Below are positions 9,151 through 17,851 of a stretch of DNA of 40,366 nucleotides, piece by piece. Source of the stretch: a bacterium. GTDB lineage: Bacteria > Pseudomonadota > Gammaproteobacteria > Arenicellales > Poriferihabitantaceae. Position numbers and translations under genes: made by a program. The notes beneath the pieces are model-generated. The model ran no database searches, was not told the DNA's origin, and saw only the letters and a list, made by a program, of their open reading frames with translations. Position 1 is the stretch's first letter, and each line of letters opens with the position of its first letter. The stretch spans positions 1 to 40,366 of the forward strand of contig JBPCXC010000144.1 in NCBI GenBank assembly GCA_051008875.1, in the 5' to 3' direction.

Positions 9151-9216
9151 ATGCGTGTTGTAGATGTTGTTATGAATAATGTTGCGCGGGCGGCTGTATG
9201 CGCGCATGGAATCTAG
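9151..9216 (+). CDS. 21-codon upstream ORF in the res leader (MRVVDVVMNNVARAAVCAHGI)
   Basis: ATG preceded by GAGG with a 6-nt spacer. This is the only good Shine-Dalgarno in the leader. The TAG stop lies 13 nt before the res ATG at 9230. No recognisable family. Confidence 0.25.
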   Translation: MRVVDVVMNNVARAAVCAHGI

Positions 9217-9229
9217 CGCGCGCGCGATT

Positions 9230-12200
9230 ATGAGTACCGACCTGGACAAGTTCTTTGAGCGTCCAATTCTTAACTCGCCATACGAGTGCCCGACGCAGCA
9301 CTGGGAGTTGGACGAGGATCGGCAGCCGACCAATAAGATTCTGGAGACGCGGCGCCCGGCGGATTTCATCACGCCGATTCCAGCGCCGAGACAAGTTCGG
9401 CGCGCAAACCAAACAAACTTGCCGGCTGATGAGGATGACGGACTTCTCGCACAACAAGAGTACGCAACTACCATCATCAACGAAGTTCGTGGTGCAGTAG
9501 ATGCATGGCGTAAGTTTCCGAATCCGAACGACTGGGGCGTTACGCCAACCACCACGAAACTTTTAGAACATTGGCGCGGGCATCGTTTCAGCAACCTGCG
9601 CCCGTTCTTTTGTCAAATCGAAGCCGTTGAAATTGCTATTTGGCTGACCGAAGTTGCGCCGAAGTTTGGCGAAAACGGCGATAAATTCATCAAGTATCTC
9701 GCCAACGCCAACCAAGAATCTAACCCCGACTTGAGTCGCCTCGCGTTAAAACTCGCTACTGGCGCGGGCAAGACCACAGTGATGGCGATGTTGATTGCGT
9801 GGCAAACGCTGAACGCTGTCCGCAATCCGAACAACAAGTCGTTCACGAAAGGTTTTTTAGTGGTTACGCCCGGCATCACCATCCGCGATCGCCTACGCGT
9901 GCTGAAACCCAACGACCCAGATAGTTATTTAGTGAGTCGCGAACTCGTTCCGTCAGGCATGCTCCGCGAATTGCATGAAGCCAGAATCGTCATCACCAAC
10001 TATCACGCGTTCAAGTTGCGTGAAACAATCAAACTCGCAAAAGGGAGTCGGCAATTACTGCAAGGCCAGCGTGGCGAAGAAATCAAGACGCTGGAAACCG
10101 AAGGTCAGATGCTGAAGCGCGTTATGCCCGAACTGGAGAAAATGAAAAATATCATGGTGCTGAACGACGAAGCACATCACTGCTATCGTGAAAAACTGGC
10201 GGATAGGACGGAAAGGAAATTAGTAGAAGATGAGAAAACGGAAGCCAAGAAAAACACGGACGCCGCGCGTGTTTGGATTACTGGCTTGGAAACGGTGCAA
10301 CGCAAGTTGAAAACCAGTCGCGTATTCGATCTTTCCGCAACCCCATTTTTCCTGCGTGGCTCTGGCTACGCCGAAGGCACATTGTTCCCGTGGACGATGA
10401 GCGACTTTTCGCTGATGGATGCGATTGAAAGCGGCATCGTCAAACTGCCGCGCGTGCCAGTGTCGGACAATGTGCCCGACGAAGACATACCGAAATTCCG
10501 CAACCTGTGGACTCACATTCGCGAGCACATGCCGCGGAAAGGGCGCAGAACTGGCGGCGCTCTTGACCCGCTGAGTCTCCCGACAGAACTGCAAGGTGCG
10601 CTCGAAGCATTGTACGGGCATTACGAAAAAGTGTATCAACAATGGCAAGAAGTGGGCATCAAAGTGCCGCCTTGTTTTGTATTGGTATGCAACAACACCG
10701 CAACATCCAAGTTGTTGTATGATTACATTTCCGGATTCCATTCTACCAACGAAGATGGTTCCGTCAAATTCAACAACGGTCGACTGAAACTCTTTCGCAA
10801 TTTCGATGACGAAGGCAAACCGCTGCCGCGACCGCGCACGTTGCTAATCGACAGCGAACAACTCGAATCCGGCGAAGCACTCGATAAAAACTTTCGCGCA
10901 GCGGCGAGTGCGGAAATTGAACATTTCCGTAGCGATGTACGCAAACGCGGCGATCACAAACTCGCCGAAAATTTAAGCGACGAGGATTTGTTGCGCGAAG
11001 TAATGAACACGGTCGGCAAAGAAGATCGCCTCGGCGGTGAGACGCGTTGTGTGGTTTCTGTTTCGATGCTTACCGAAGGCTGGGACGCCAACACCGTTAC
11101 GCACATTCTTGGTGTGCGCGCGTTCGGCACGCAGTTGTTGTGCGAACAAGTCGTTGGTCGTGCGTTGCGCCGACTATCGTACAAACCAAACGACGACGGA
11201 CTTTTGAGCGTTGAATACGCCGATGTTTTCGGCATTCCCTTTGACTTCACCGCTCGCCCCGGTGGCGGCAGTCACAGCCCGCCAGAAAACACAATTCACG
11301 TACAAGCCATATCCCCAGACCGAGATGCCAGTGAGATTACATTTCCGCGCGTCGCTGGATACCGCGTGGATCTTCCCGAAGACCACATAAAGACCAAGTT
11401 CGACAAAGATTCCACTTACAAACTTACGCCAAAAACAGTTGCACCGACCAAAACGCGCAACGAAGGCATCATCGGCGAAGGCGTCAATCTCAGTCTTGAT
11501 TACCTTGAAAAAGTTCGTTTGGCGGAAGTGGCGTTCTACCTCACCCGACATCTGGTCGAAAAGAAATGGCGCAAACCGAACGAAGCCCCGCGCGCGCATC
11601 TGTTTGGTCAGTTGCTACGCATAACGCAGTATTGGCTCGAACATCATCTTATTTGCCAAGGCGGAACCAAGCCAGCGCAACTACTTTATCTACAACTCGC
11701 CGATGCCGCTTGCGAGCGTATCACCCGCGGCATCGTTACGCACTTCGAAAACGAACGCCCGGTCAAAGCGACACTCGATGCATATAATCCAATCGGTTCA
11801 ACGCGGTATGTCAATTTCCGTACATCAAAATCACATTACCGAACCGACCCGCGCCGTTGCCACATAAACTATGTGGTGTGCGACAGCAGTTGGGAGTCAG
11901 AGTTTTGTCGCATCGTTGAATCGCATCCGCGGGTGCGCGCGTATGTGAAAAACCAAAACTTAGGACTGGAAGTTCCATACCGTTACCGCTCCATATCGCG
12001 CAAATATTTTCCGGATTTTATCGTGCGCCTTGACGACGGCAATGGCGAAGATGATTTGCTGAACTTGATCGTCGAAATCAAAGGTTATCGCGGTGAAGAT
12101 GCCGAAGAGAAAAAATCCACAATGGATGCGTACTGGGTGCCCGGTGTGAACAATCTTAAAGAACACGGTCGCTGGGCTTTCGCCGAGTTCACAGAAGTTT

Positions 12201-12292
12201 TTGAAATGGAGGATGACTTTGAAGCGAAAATCACCGAGCAAATCGAACAAGCGATTGCCGCTGAAACCAACACCCATGAACAAGAGAACTGA
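9230..12292 (+). CDS. res: type III restriction enzyme Res subunit (SF2 helicase + C-terminal PD-(D/E)xK nuclease)
   Basis: Walker A KLATGAGKTTVMA, DEAH box VLNDEAHHCY, motif VI MLTEGWDANTVTHILGVRAF..VGRALRR, and a C-terminal nuclease-like segment YFPDFIVRL...LIVEIKGY. I chose the start at MSTDLDKFFERPILNSPYE; the ORF is open from 9179. Confidence 0.85.
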   Translation: MSTDLDKFFERPILNSPYECPTQHWELDEDRQPTNKILETRRPADFITPIPAPRQVRRANQTNLPADEDDGLLAQQEYATTIINEVRGAVDAWRKFPNPNDWGVTPTTTKLLEHWRGHRFSNLRPFFCQIEAVEIAIWLTEVAPKFGENGDKFIKYLANANQESNPDLSRLALKLATGAGKTTVMAMLIAWQTLNAVRNPNNKSFTKGFLVVTPGITIRDRLRVLKPNDPDSYLVSRELVPSGMLRELHEARIVITNYHAFKLRETIKLAKGSRQLLQGQRGEEIKTLETEGQMLKRVMPELEKMKNIMVLNDEAHHCYREKLADRTERKLVEDEKTEAKKNTDAARVWITGLETVQRKLKTSRVFDLSATPFFLRGSGYAEGTLFPWTMSDFSLMDAIESGIVKLPRVPVSDNVPDEDIPKFRNLWTHIREHMPRKGRRTGGALDPLSLPTELQGALEALYGHYEKVYQQWQEVGIKVPPCFVLVCNNTATSKLLYDYISGFHSTNEDGSVKFNNGRLKLFRNFDDEGKPLPRPRTLLIDSEQLESGEALDKNFRAAASAEIEHFRSDVRKRGDHKLAENLSDEDLLREVMNTVGKEDRLGGETRCVVSVSMLTEGWDANTVTHILGVRAFGTQLLCEQVVGRALRRLSYKPNDDGLLSVEYADVFGIPFDFTARPGGGSHSPPENTIHVQAISPDRDASEITFPRVAGYRVDLPEDHIKTKFDKDSTYKLTPKTVAPTKTRNEGIIGEGVNLSLDYLEKVRLAEVAFYLTRHLVEKKWRKPNEAPRAHLFGQLLRITQYWLEHHLICQGGTKPAQLLYLQLADAACERITRGIVTHFENERPVKATLDAYNPIGSTRYVNFRTSKSHYRTDPRRCHINYVVCDSSWESEFCRIVESHPRVRAYVKNQNLGLEVPYRYRSISRKYFPDFIVRLDDGNGEDDLLNLIVEIKGYRGEDAEEKKSTMDAYWVPGVNNLKEHGRWAFAEFTEVFEMEDDFEAKITEQIEQAIAAETNTHEQEN

Positions 12293-12294
12293 AC

Positions 12295-15021
12295 ATGCCG
12301 ACCCGCAAAAAGAGTAAGTCCAAGGCGAAGAAAGTAACCGCGCTGACGCACGATAAAGCATCGCGCAAGAACATTCCAACTGCGGAGCATCAGGCGCTTG
12401 TGGATGAGCGCGATCAGCATCCGATTCGCGTCGCCTACGAACGGCGCAACCGCGATCTTGACCCGCAACTGGTGTGGCGCGAGAAGGATCAGCAGGATGC
12501 GTCCGATTTGGTGGTGCAAGCGCCGCCGCTGTTCATCCAAGAGAAAGTGCATCCGAAAGTGCTGATTGACGACTTGGTGCGCGAGAGCGCACGCACCGAA
12601 CCGTCGGATCAAGTTGACTTGTTTTCAGATTTCAACGGCTTGCCGGACGGAGATGCGCGAACCGAGTTCTACCAGCACGATGCGAACTGGTCGAACCGGA
12701 TGATTCTCGGCGATAGTCTGCAAGTTATGGCGTCGCTGGCGGAGCGCGAGGGATTGCGCGGCAAAGTTCAGTGTATCTATATCGATCCGCCGTATGGCAT
12801 CAAATTCAACTCAAATTTTCAGTGGTCGACGACGAGTCGCGATGTCAAGGATGGAAAAGGCGAGCACATCACGCGCGAGCCGGAGCAAGTAAAGGCGTTC
12901 CGGGATACTTGGCGTGATGGGGTTCATAGTTATCTCGCTTATATGCGAGATCGGTTGATTGTTGGGCGCGACTTACTTGCCGAATCCGGATCCATATTTG
13001 TGCAGATTGGTGATGAGAATGTACACCGCATTCGCACGTTGATGGACGAAGTGTTTGGGGATGAAAATTTTGTTTCTCAGATACATTTTGCGACAACCAG
13101 TGGATTTTCTACCGCGAAGCTTAGTCGCATAGGCGATTATTTGCTTTGGTATGCCCGCGATAAAGAGGCTGTTAAATACAGAACACTTTTTGTCTCGAAA
13201 GGAAATATCGGAAGTGGTCTCGAATCGTATAAATACTTGCGTCTGCAAAATGGTGTACAGCGATCGATGACGAAAGAGGAGCGCGATGAGAAGGTTCCGC
13301 TTCCCGATGGATGCAAAGCGTTTCGTTATAGCGATATGCAAAGTAAAGGAGCTGCCTCGCAGGATGCTCCAGTTGAATTTCGGAATCAAATTTATCGGCC
13401 GCTCAAAAGCAGCCACTGGAAGGCAAATTGGCCCAAGGGGATCGAGCGACTTAAATTTTCTGGGCGCATCGACGCAGCCGGTAGTCGACTCGCTTACATT
13501 CGCTTTGCTGGTGATTACCCCGTTCAACAAATTGTTAATTCTTGGATGGACACCGGCTTTGGTTATTCAGCGACAGATAAACAATATGTTGTGCAAACCC
13601 ACGAACGTGTCGTCCGACGATGTGTTCTTATGTCTACCGATCCCGGTGACCTTGTCCTCGATCCAACCGGCGGCTCCGGCACTGCCGCATACGTCGCTGA
13701 GCAGTGGGGTCGTCGTTGGATCACGATTGATACTTCGCGTGTTGCGCTCGCACTCGCTCGCGCGCGAATTATGGGCGCGCGCTACCCGTACTACAAACTC
13801 GCAGGCGATACGGTGCAAGAGGGCTTTGACTACGAACGCGTCCCGCACATCACGCTCAAATTCATCGCCAACAACGCCGAGATTGATGTCATCTACGAAG
13901 AACATCAACAGCGACTCGAACCGTTGCGCGCGAAGTTGAACAATGCGCTTAAGGAAAAGTGGGAGGAGTGGGAAATTCCACGCGATGCCGATAATGCTTG
14001 GTCAAGCGAGGCGCGCAAAACACACGCCGCGTGGTGGGAAGGGCGCATCGCGCGACAAAAAGAAATTGATGCGAACATCGCGAAGAAGGCCGATTTAGAG
14101 ACACTTTACGACAAACCGCATGAAGACAAAACGAAGGTGCGCGTTGCGGGTCCGTTCACCGTGGATAGTCTTTCGCCACACCGTATGCTCGTTACAGATG
14201 AAACAAACAACAAAGCAGCCGAAGACAATGCCGAGTACAACAAGACGCGTAACTTCACTGCCATAATTTTGGAAAACTTAAAAACGGCTGGCGTGCAACA
14301 AGCGAATAAGGAAGACAAAATCGAATTCACTTCATTGGAGCCGTGGTGCGGGGATATGGTGTGCGCAGAGGGTCGTTATGTAAAAACTAGTAAGGGCGAC
14401 GCGGAAATACGCGCCGCTATTTTTATCGGTCCCGAGTTCGGCACCGTCTCACGCACCGACTTAGTAGCCGCCGCCAAAGAAGCCGCCGAAGCGGGATTTG
14501 ATGTATTGATTGCTTGCGCGTTCAACTACGAGGCGCACGCCACCGAAATCGAAAAATTGGGGCGTATGCAAGTGTTGAAAGCGCGCATGAACGCCGACTT
14601 GCACATGGCGGGCGACTTGAAAGCCACCGACAAAGGCAACTTGTTCGTAATCTTCGGTGAACCCGACATCGAAATCCAACCCGCCGATGACGGTCAGTTC
14701 AAAGTCAAACTAAACGGCGTGGACGTGTATCACCCGAACAGCGGAGAAATCCGCAGCGACGACACCGACGGCATCGCTTGCTGGTTCATCGACACCAACT
14801 ACAACGAAGAAAGCTTCTTCGTCCGCCACGCCTATTTCCTCGGCGCCGGCGATCCATACAAATCTCTAAAAACCACCCTAAAAGCCGAAATCAACAAAGA
14901 AGCATGGGAAACCTTGAAAAGCGACACCTCGCGCCCATTTCCCAAACCTGAAACGGGCCGAATCGCCGTAAAAGTAATCAACCACCTCGGCGACGAGGTG
15001 ATGAAGGTGTTTCGGGTTTGA
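12295..15021 (+). CDS. mod: type III Mod-like N6-adenine/N4-cytosine DNA methyltransferase (beta class) with a roughly 400-aa C-terminal extension
   Basis: 908 aa. IYIDPPYGIKFNSNF (motif IV) precedes DPTGGSGTAAYVAEQWGRRWITID (motif I), which is the beta-class order. The ATG lies 2 nt after the res TGA. Confidence 0.85.
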   Translation: MPTRKKSKSKAKKVTALTHDKASRKNIPTAEHQALVDERDQHPIRVAYERRNRDLDPQLVWREKDQQDASDLVVQAPPLFIQEKVHPKVLIDDLVRESARTEPSDQVDLFSDFNGLPDGDARTEFYQHDANWSNRMILGDSLQVMASLAEREGLRGKVQCIYIDPPYGIKFNSNFQWSTTSRDVKDGKGEHITREPEQVKAFRDTWRDGVHSYLAYMRDRLIVGRDLLAESGSIFVQIGDENVHRIRTLMDEVFGDENFVSQIHFATTSGFSTAKLSRIGDYLLWYARDKEAVKYRTLFVSKGNIGSGLESYKYLRLQNGVQRSMTKEERDEKVPLPDGCKAFRYSDMQSKGAASQDAPVEFRNQIYRPLKSSHWKANWPKGIERLKFSGRIDAAGSRLAYIRFAGDYPVQQIVNSWMDTGFGYSATDKQYVVQTHERVVRRCVLMSTDPGDLVLDPTGGSGTAAYVAEQWGRRWITIDTSRVALALARARIMGARYPYYKLAGDTVQEGFDYERVPHITLKFIANNAEIDVIYEEHQQRLEPLRAKLNNALKEKWEEWEIPRDADNAWSSEARKTHAAWWEGRIARQKEIDANIAKKADLETLYDKPHEDKTKVRVAGPFTVDSLSPHRMLVTDETNNKAAEDNAEYNKTRNFTAIILENLKTAGVQQANKEDKIEFTSLEPWCGDMVCAEGRYVKTSKGDAEIRAAIFIGPEFGTVSRTDLVAAAKEAAEAGFDVLIACAFNYEAHATEIEKLGRMQVLKARMNADLHMAGDLKATDKGNLFVIFGEPDIEIQPADDGQFKVKLNGVDVYHPNSGEIRSDDTDGIACWFIDTNYNEESFFVRHAYFLGAGDPYKSLKTTLKAEINKEAWETLKSDTSRPFPKPETGRIAVKVINHLGDEVMKVFRV

Positions 15022-15043
15022 TGAATTAATAAAGGAATCGAAG

Positions 15044-15145
15044 ATGAATTTGCCGAATGAAACGAAAGCGCACGTCAAAGAACTTATTGACCATGCTGTT
15101 GGCGAATATAAGCGGGAGTATATGCAGCCCCCAAAACGGACTTGA
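15044..15145 (+). CDS. 33-codon ORF (MNLPNETKAHVKELIDHAVGEYKREYMQPPKRT), possibly the 5' stump of a third island gene
   Basis: AAGGA lies 7 nt upstream of the ATG. The ORF is AT-rich like the island and ends where GC rises again. Its stop lies inside the -35 of the ABC operon promoter candidate. Confidence 0.2.
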   Translation: MNLPNETKAHVKELIDHAVGEYKREYMQPPKRT

Positions 15146-15170
15146 ATCATCCCGCGTCGGTTTGTATAGT
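15142..15170 (+). promoter_or_regulatory. sigma70-like promoter candidate for the ABC transporter operon
   Basis: TTGAAT (15142-15147), 17-nt spacer, TATAGT (15165-15170). An AGGTGG Shine-Dalgarno at 15201-15206 precedes the ATG at 15211. Confidence 0.45.
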
Positions 15171-15210
15171 GAGCGGTCATGCAGTGTCCGATTATCTAAG
15201 AGGTGGAAAA

Positions 15211-16824
15211 ATGAGTGCTTTGAAATTTAGTTTGTATCGAGTCGCGTTGGCGGCGGTGGTTTCGGTTTCAGTTTTGTTGTTAGCGACGCCAGCGTCGGCG
15301 AAGGCGTTTCGGTTTGCGTTTCAAGCCGATGCGTTGTCGCTTGATCCGCATAGTTTGAACGAGACCTTCACGCTCAGCTTGCTGGGCAATGTGTATGAAG
15401 GGCTGACGCATTACGACGGCGATCTGCAGGTCAAGCCGGCGTTGGCGACTTCGTGGGAGAATCTTTCGCCGACCAAGTTGCGCTTCAAGTTGCGCCGCGG
15501 CGTGGTCTTCCACAACGGCAATCCGTTCACCGCCGACGATGTGATCTTCTCTTGGCGGCGGATGCTCGGCGAGGGCTCGGATCAAAAAGCGCGCGCCGCG
15601 TTGATCGGCGACATCGTCAAGATCGACGATCACACCATCGAGGTCAGCACGCCGCAGCCGACGCCGACGCTGACTCAGGAGATGGTGTATATGTATGTGA
15701 TGGACAAGGAATGGGCCGAGGCGAACAACTCGGTCAATCCGGCGAGCCCGAAGGACGCCGGGCGCGACAACGCCTACGCGACCACCAACGAGAACGGCAC
15801 CGGGCCGTTCACCGTGGTCTCGCGCCAGCCCGATGTGAAGACCGTGATGCGGCGCTTCGACCGCTATTGGGGCGATGTGCCCGGCAATGTCGACGAAGTC
15901 GAGTTCACGCCGATCGCGCAAGCCGCGACTCGAGTCGCGGCGCTGCTCTCGGGGCAGATCGATCTCGCCTATCCGGTGCCGGTGCAGGACTGGAATCGCC
16001 TCGACTCCGCCGACGGCGTGCGCGCGCTGACCGGTCCCGAGGCGCGCACCATCTTCCTCGGCATGGACCAGTTCCGCGACGAGTTGCTGTACTCCGACGT
16101 GCGCGGCGACAACCCGCTGAAGGACGCGCGCGTGCGCCAGGCGTTCGCGCATGCGATCAACTTAGGAGCGATCAAGGCGACCATCATGCGCGGCGCGTCG
16201 ACGCCGAGCGGGGTGATGTGGGCGCCGCAGATCAGCGGCTACAACGCCGCCGCCAACATTCCGTATCGGTATGATCTCGCCGCCGCCAAGCGCTTGCTCG
16301 CCGACGCCGGCTACGCCGACGGCTTCGAGTTGGGCATGGACTGCCCGAACAACCGCTATGTCAACGACGAGAAAATCTGCCAGGCGGTGGCGTCGATGCT
16401 GGCGAAGATCGGCGTGCGCATCAACCTGCTGGCGCAGCCGAAGTCGAAGTACTTCGCCAAGGTGCTGGCGCAGGGCGGCTACGACACCAGTTTCTATCTG
16501 CTCGGCTGGACCCCCGGCAGCATCGACGTGCACAACGTGTTCCTCAACTTGATCGCGTGCCAGAACGCCGACGCCAAGCGCGGGCAGTTCAACATCGGCA
16601 ACTACTGCAACGCCGAGGTCGATCGCCTCACCGACCGCATCGGCGAAGAGACCGACGTCGCCAAACGCCGCGCGTTGATCGACGCGGCGACGCGCATCGT
16701 GCGCGACGAGTTCGCCTATCTGCCGATCCACCAGCAGCCGCTGTCGTGGGGCGTGCGCGAAGGCGTGTCGGTGGTGCAGCGCGCCGACAACGTGCTCGAC
16801 TTCCGCAGCGTCGCGGTGAAGTAA
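15211..16824 (+). CDS. ABC transporter substrate-binding protein, family 5 (peptide/nickel/opine type)
   Basis: Signal peptide MSALKFSLYRVALAAVVSVSVLLLATPASA, followed by an SBP_bac_5-like body. I chose the start with a Shine-Dalgarno rather than the ORF start at 15142. Confidence 0.85.
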   Translation: MSALKFSLYRVALAAVVSVSVLLLATPASAKAFRFAFQADALSLDPHSLNETFTLSLLGNVYEGLTHYDGDLQVKPALATSWENLSPTKLRFKLRRGVVFHNGNPFTADDVIFSWRRMLGEGSDQKARAALIGDIVKIDDHTIEVSTPQPTPTLTQEMVYMYVMDKEWAEANNSVNPASPKDAGRDNAYATTNENGTGPFTVVSRQPDVKTVMRRFDRYWGDVPGNVDEVEFTPIAQAATRVAALLSGQIDLAYPVPVQDWNRLDSADGVRALTGPEARTIFLGMDQFRDELLYSDVRGDNPLKDARVRQAFAHAINLGAIKATIMRGASTPSGVMWAPQISGYNAAANIPYRYDLAAAKRLLADAGYADGFELGMDCPNNRYVNDEKICQAVASMLAKIGVRINLLAQPKSKYFAKVLAQGGYDTSFYLLGWTPGSIDVHNVFLNLIACQNADAKRGQFNIGNYCNAEVDRLTDRIGEETDVAKRRALIDAATRIVRDEFAYLPIHQQPLSWGVREGVSVVQRADNVLDFRSVAVK

Positions 16825-16885
16825 CGCCGACGCGGCGGCGGCGGCTTCCCCGCATCGCGCCGCCGTCGTTCGCCGACTTAAGCCG

Positions 16886-17851
16886 ATGCTTGTTTTCATC
16901 GCGCGGCGATTGCTGCAGGCGGTCGGCGTGATGCTGACGGTCGGGCTGATCGCCTTCGCGCTGTTCCAGTTCGTCGGCGACCCGATCAACAACATGGTCG
17001 GGCAGGACACCTCGCTGGCCGAGCGCGAGGCGTTGAAAGAGAGCCTCGGACTGAACGACAGCGTGCTGGTGCAGTTCGGCCACTTCATCGGCAACGCCGC
17101 GCAAGGCGAGTTCGGCAACTCCTATCGTCTGCGCCGGCCGGTCGCCGAGTTGATCAAAGAGCGATTCCCGGCGACCATGGAGTTGTCGTTGGTGTCGGCG
17201 GTGTTGGCGTTGCTGATCGGGATTCCGATGGGCGTTTATACCGCGATCAAACGCAACAGTGTACTCAGCCGAAGTTTCATGACGCTGTCATTGCTCGGCG
17301 TTTCAGTGCCGACTTTTTTGATCGGCATTTTCCTGATTTTGATCTTCGGCGTGCTACTGCGTTGGCTGCCGACTTTCGGTCGCGGCGAAGTGGTCGTTAT
17401 CGGCGCGTGGAGCAGCGGCTTTTTCACCGTCAGCGGACTGAAGTCGCTGATCATGCCGGCGATCACCTTGGCGGTGTTTCAGATGACGCTGATCGTCCGC
17501 CTGGTGCGCGCCGAGATGCTCGAAGTATTGCGCGCCGACTACATCAAGTTCGCGCACGCCCGCGGACTGAGCGCGCGCGCGGTCAACTTCGCGCACGCGC
17601 TGAAGAACACGTTGGTGCCGGTAATCACCGTCATCGGCTTGCAGATCGGATCGATCATCGCGTTCGCGATCATCACCGAGAGCGTGTTCCAATGGCCCGG
17701 CATGGGCTTGCTGTTCATCCAGGCGATCCACGAAGTCGATATTCCGGTGATGGCGGCGTATCTGATGTTAATCGGTTTGGTGTTCGTGCTGATTAACTTG
17801 ACCGTGGACATTTTGTACTACGTCATCGACCCGCGCCTGCGACGGCGATGA
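16886..17851 (+). CDS. ABC transporter permease (DppB/OppB-like)
   Basis: 321 aa. N-terminus MLVFIARRLLQAVGVMLTV and an EAA-type loop (YIKFAHARGLSARAV) typical of binding-protein-dependent permeases. Confidence 0.85.
   Translation: MLVFIARRLLQAVGVMLTVGLIAFALFQFVGDPINNMVGQDTSLAEREALKESLGLNDSVLVQFGHFIGNAAQGEFGNSYRLRRPVAELIKERFPATMELSLVSAVLALLIGIPMGVYTAIKRNSVLSRSFMTLSLLGVSVPTFLIGIFLILIFGVLLRWLPTFGRGEVVVIGAWSSGFFTVSGLKSLIMPAITLAVFQMTLIVRLVRAEMLEVLRADYIKFAHARGLSARAVNFAHALKNTLVPVITVIGLQIGSIIAFAIITESVFQWPGMGLLFIQAIHEVDIPVMAAYLMLIGLVFVLINLTVDILYYVIDPRLRRR

Noticed and set aside
9179-9229. Upstream start codons extending three genes: res (9179, 9206), the SBP gene (15142) and EamA (9070)
   Set aside because: None has a Shine-Dalgarno. 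For the SBP, the extension precedes a clear signal peptide that has its own AGGTGG. For EamA, the extension is Arg/Pro-rich. The res start remains uncertain within 51 nt.
12295-12400. Simple-sequence repeat that could make mod phase-variable
   Set aside because: I saw no homopolymer or short tandem tract longer than about 5 units anywhere in mod or res.
9008-15210. Direct repeats or att-like duplications flanking the type III island
   Set aside because: Comparing 9040-9235 with 15015-15215 by eye gave only 6-7-nt matches (ATGAAT, CCGATT, GGCGAA.TAT), which is within chance expectation.
15211-15420. Slightly lower GC at the 5' end of the SBP gene as evidence that the island replaced the gene's 5' end
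   Set aside because: This genome uses TTG/TTT-type codons frequently even in core genes, and signal-peptide regions are often compositionally atypical. The evidence is insufficient.
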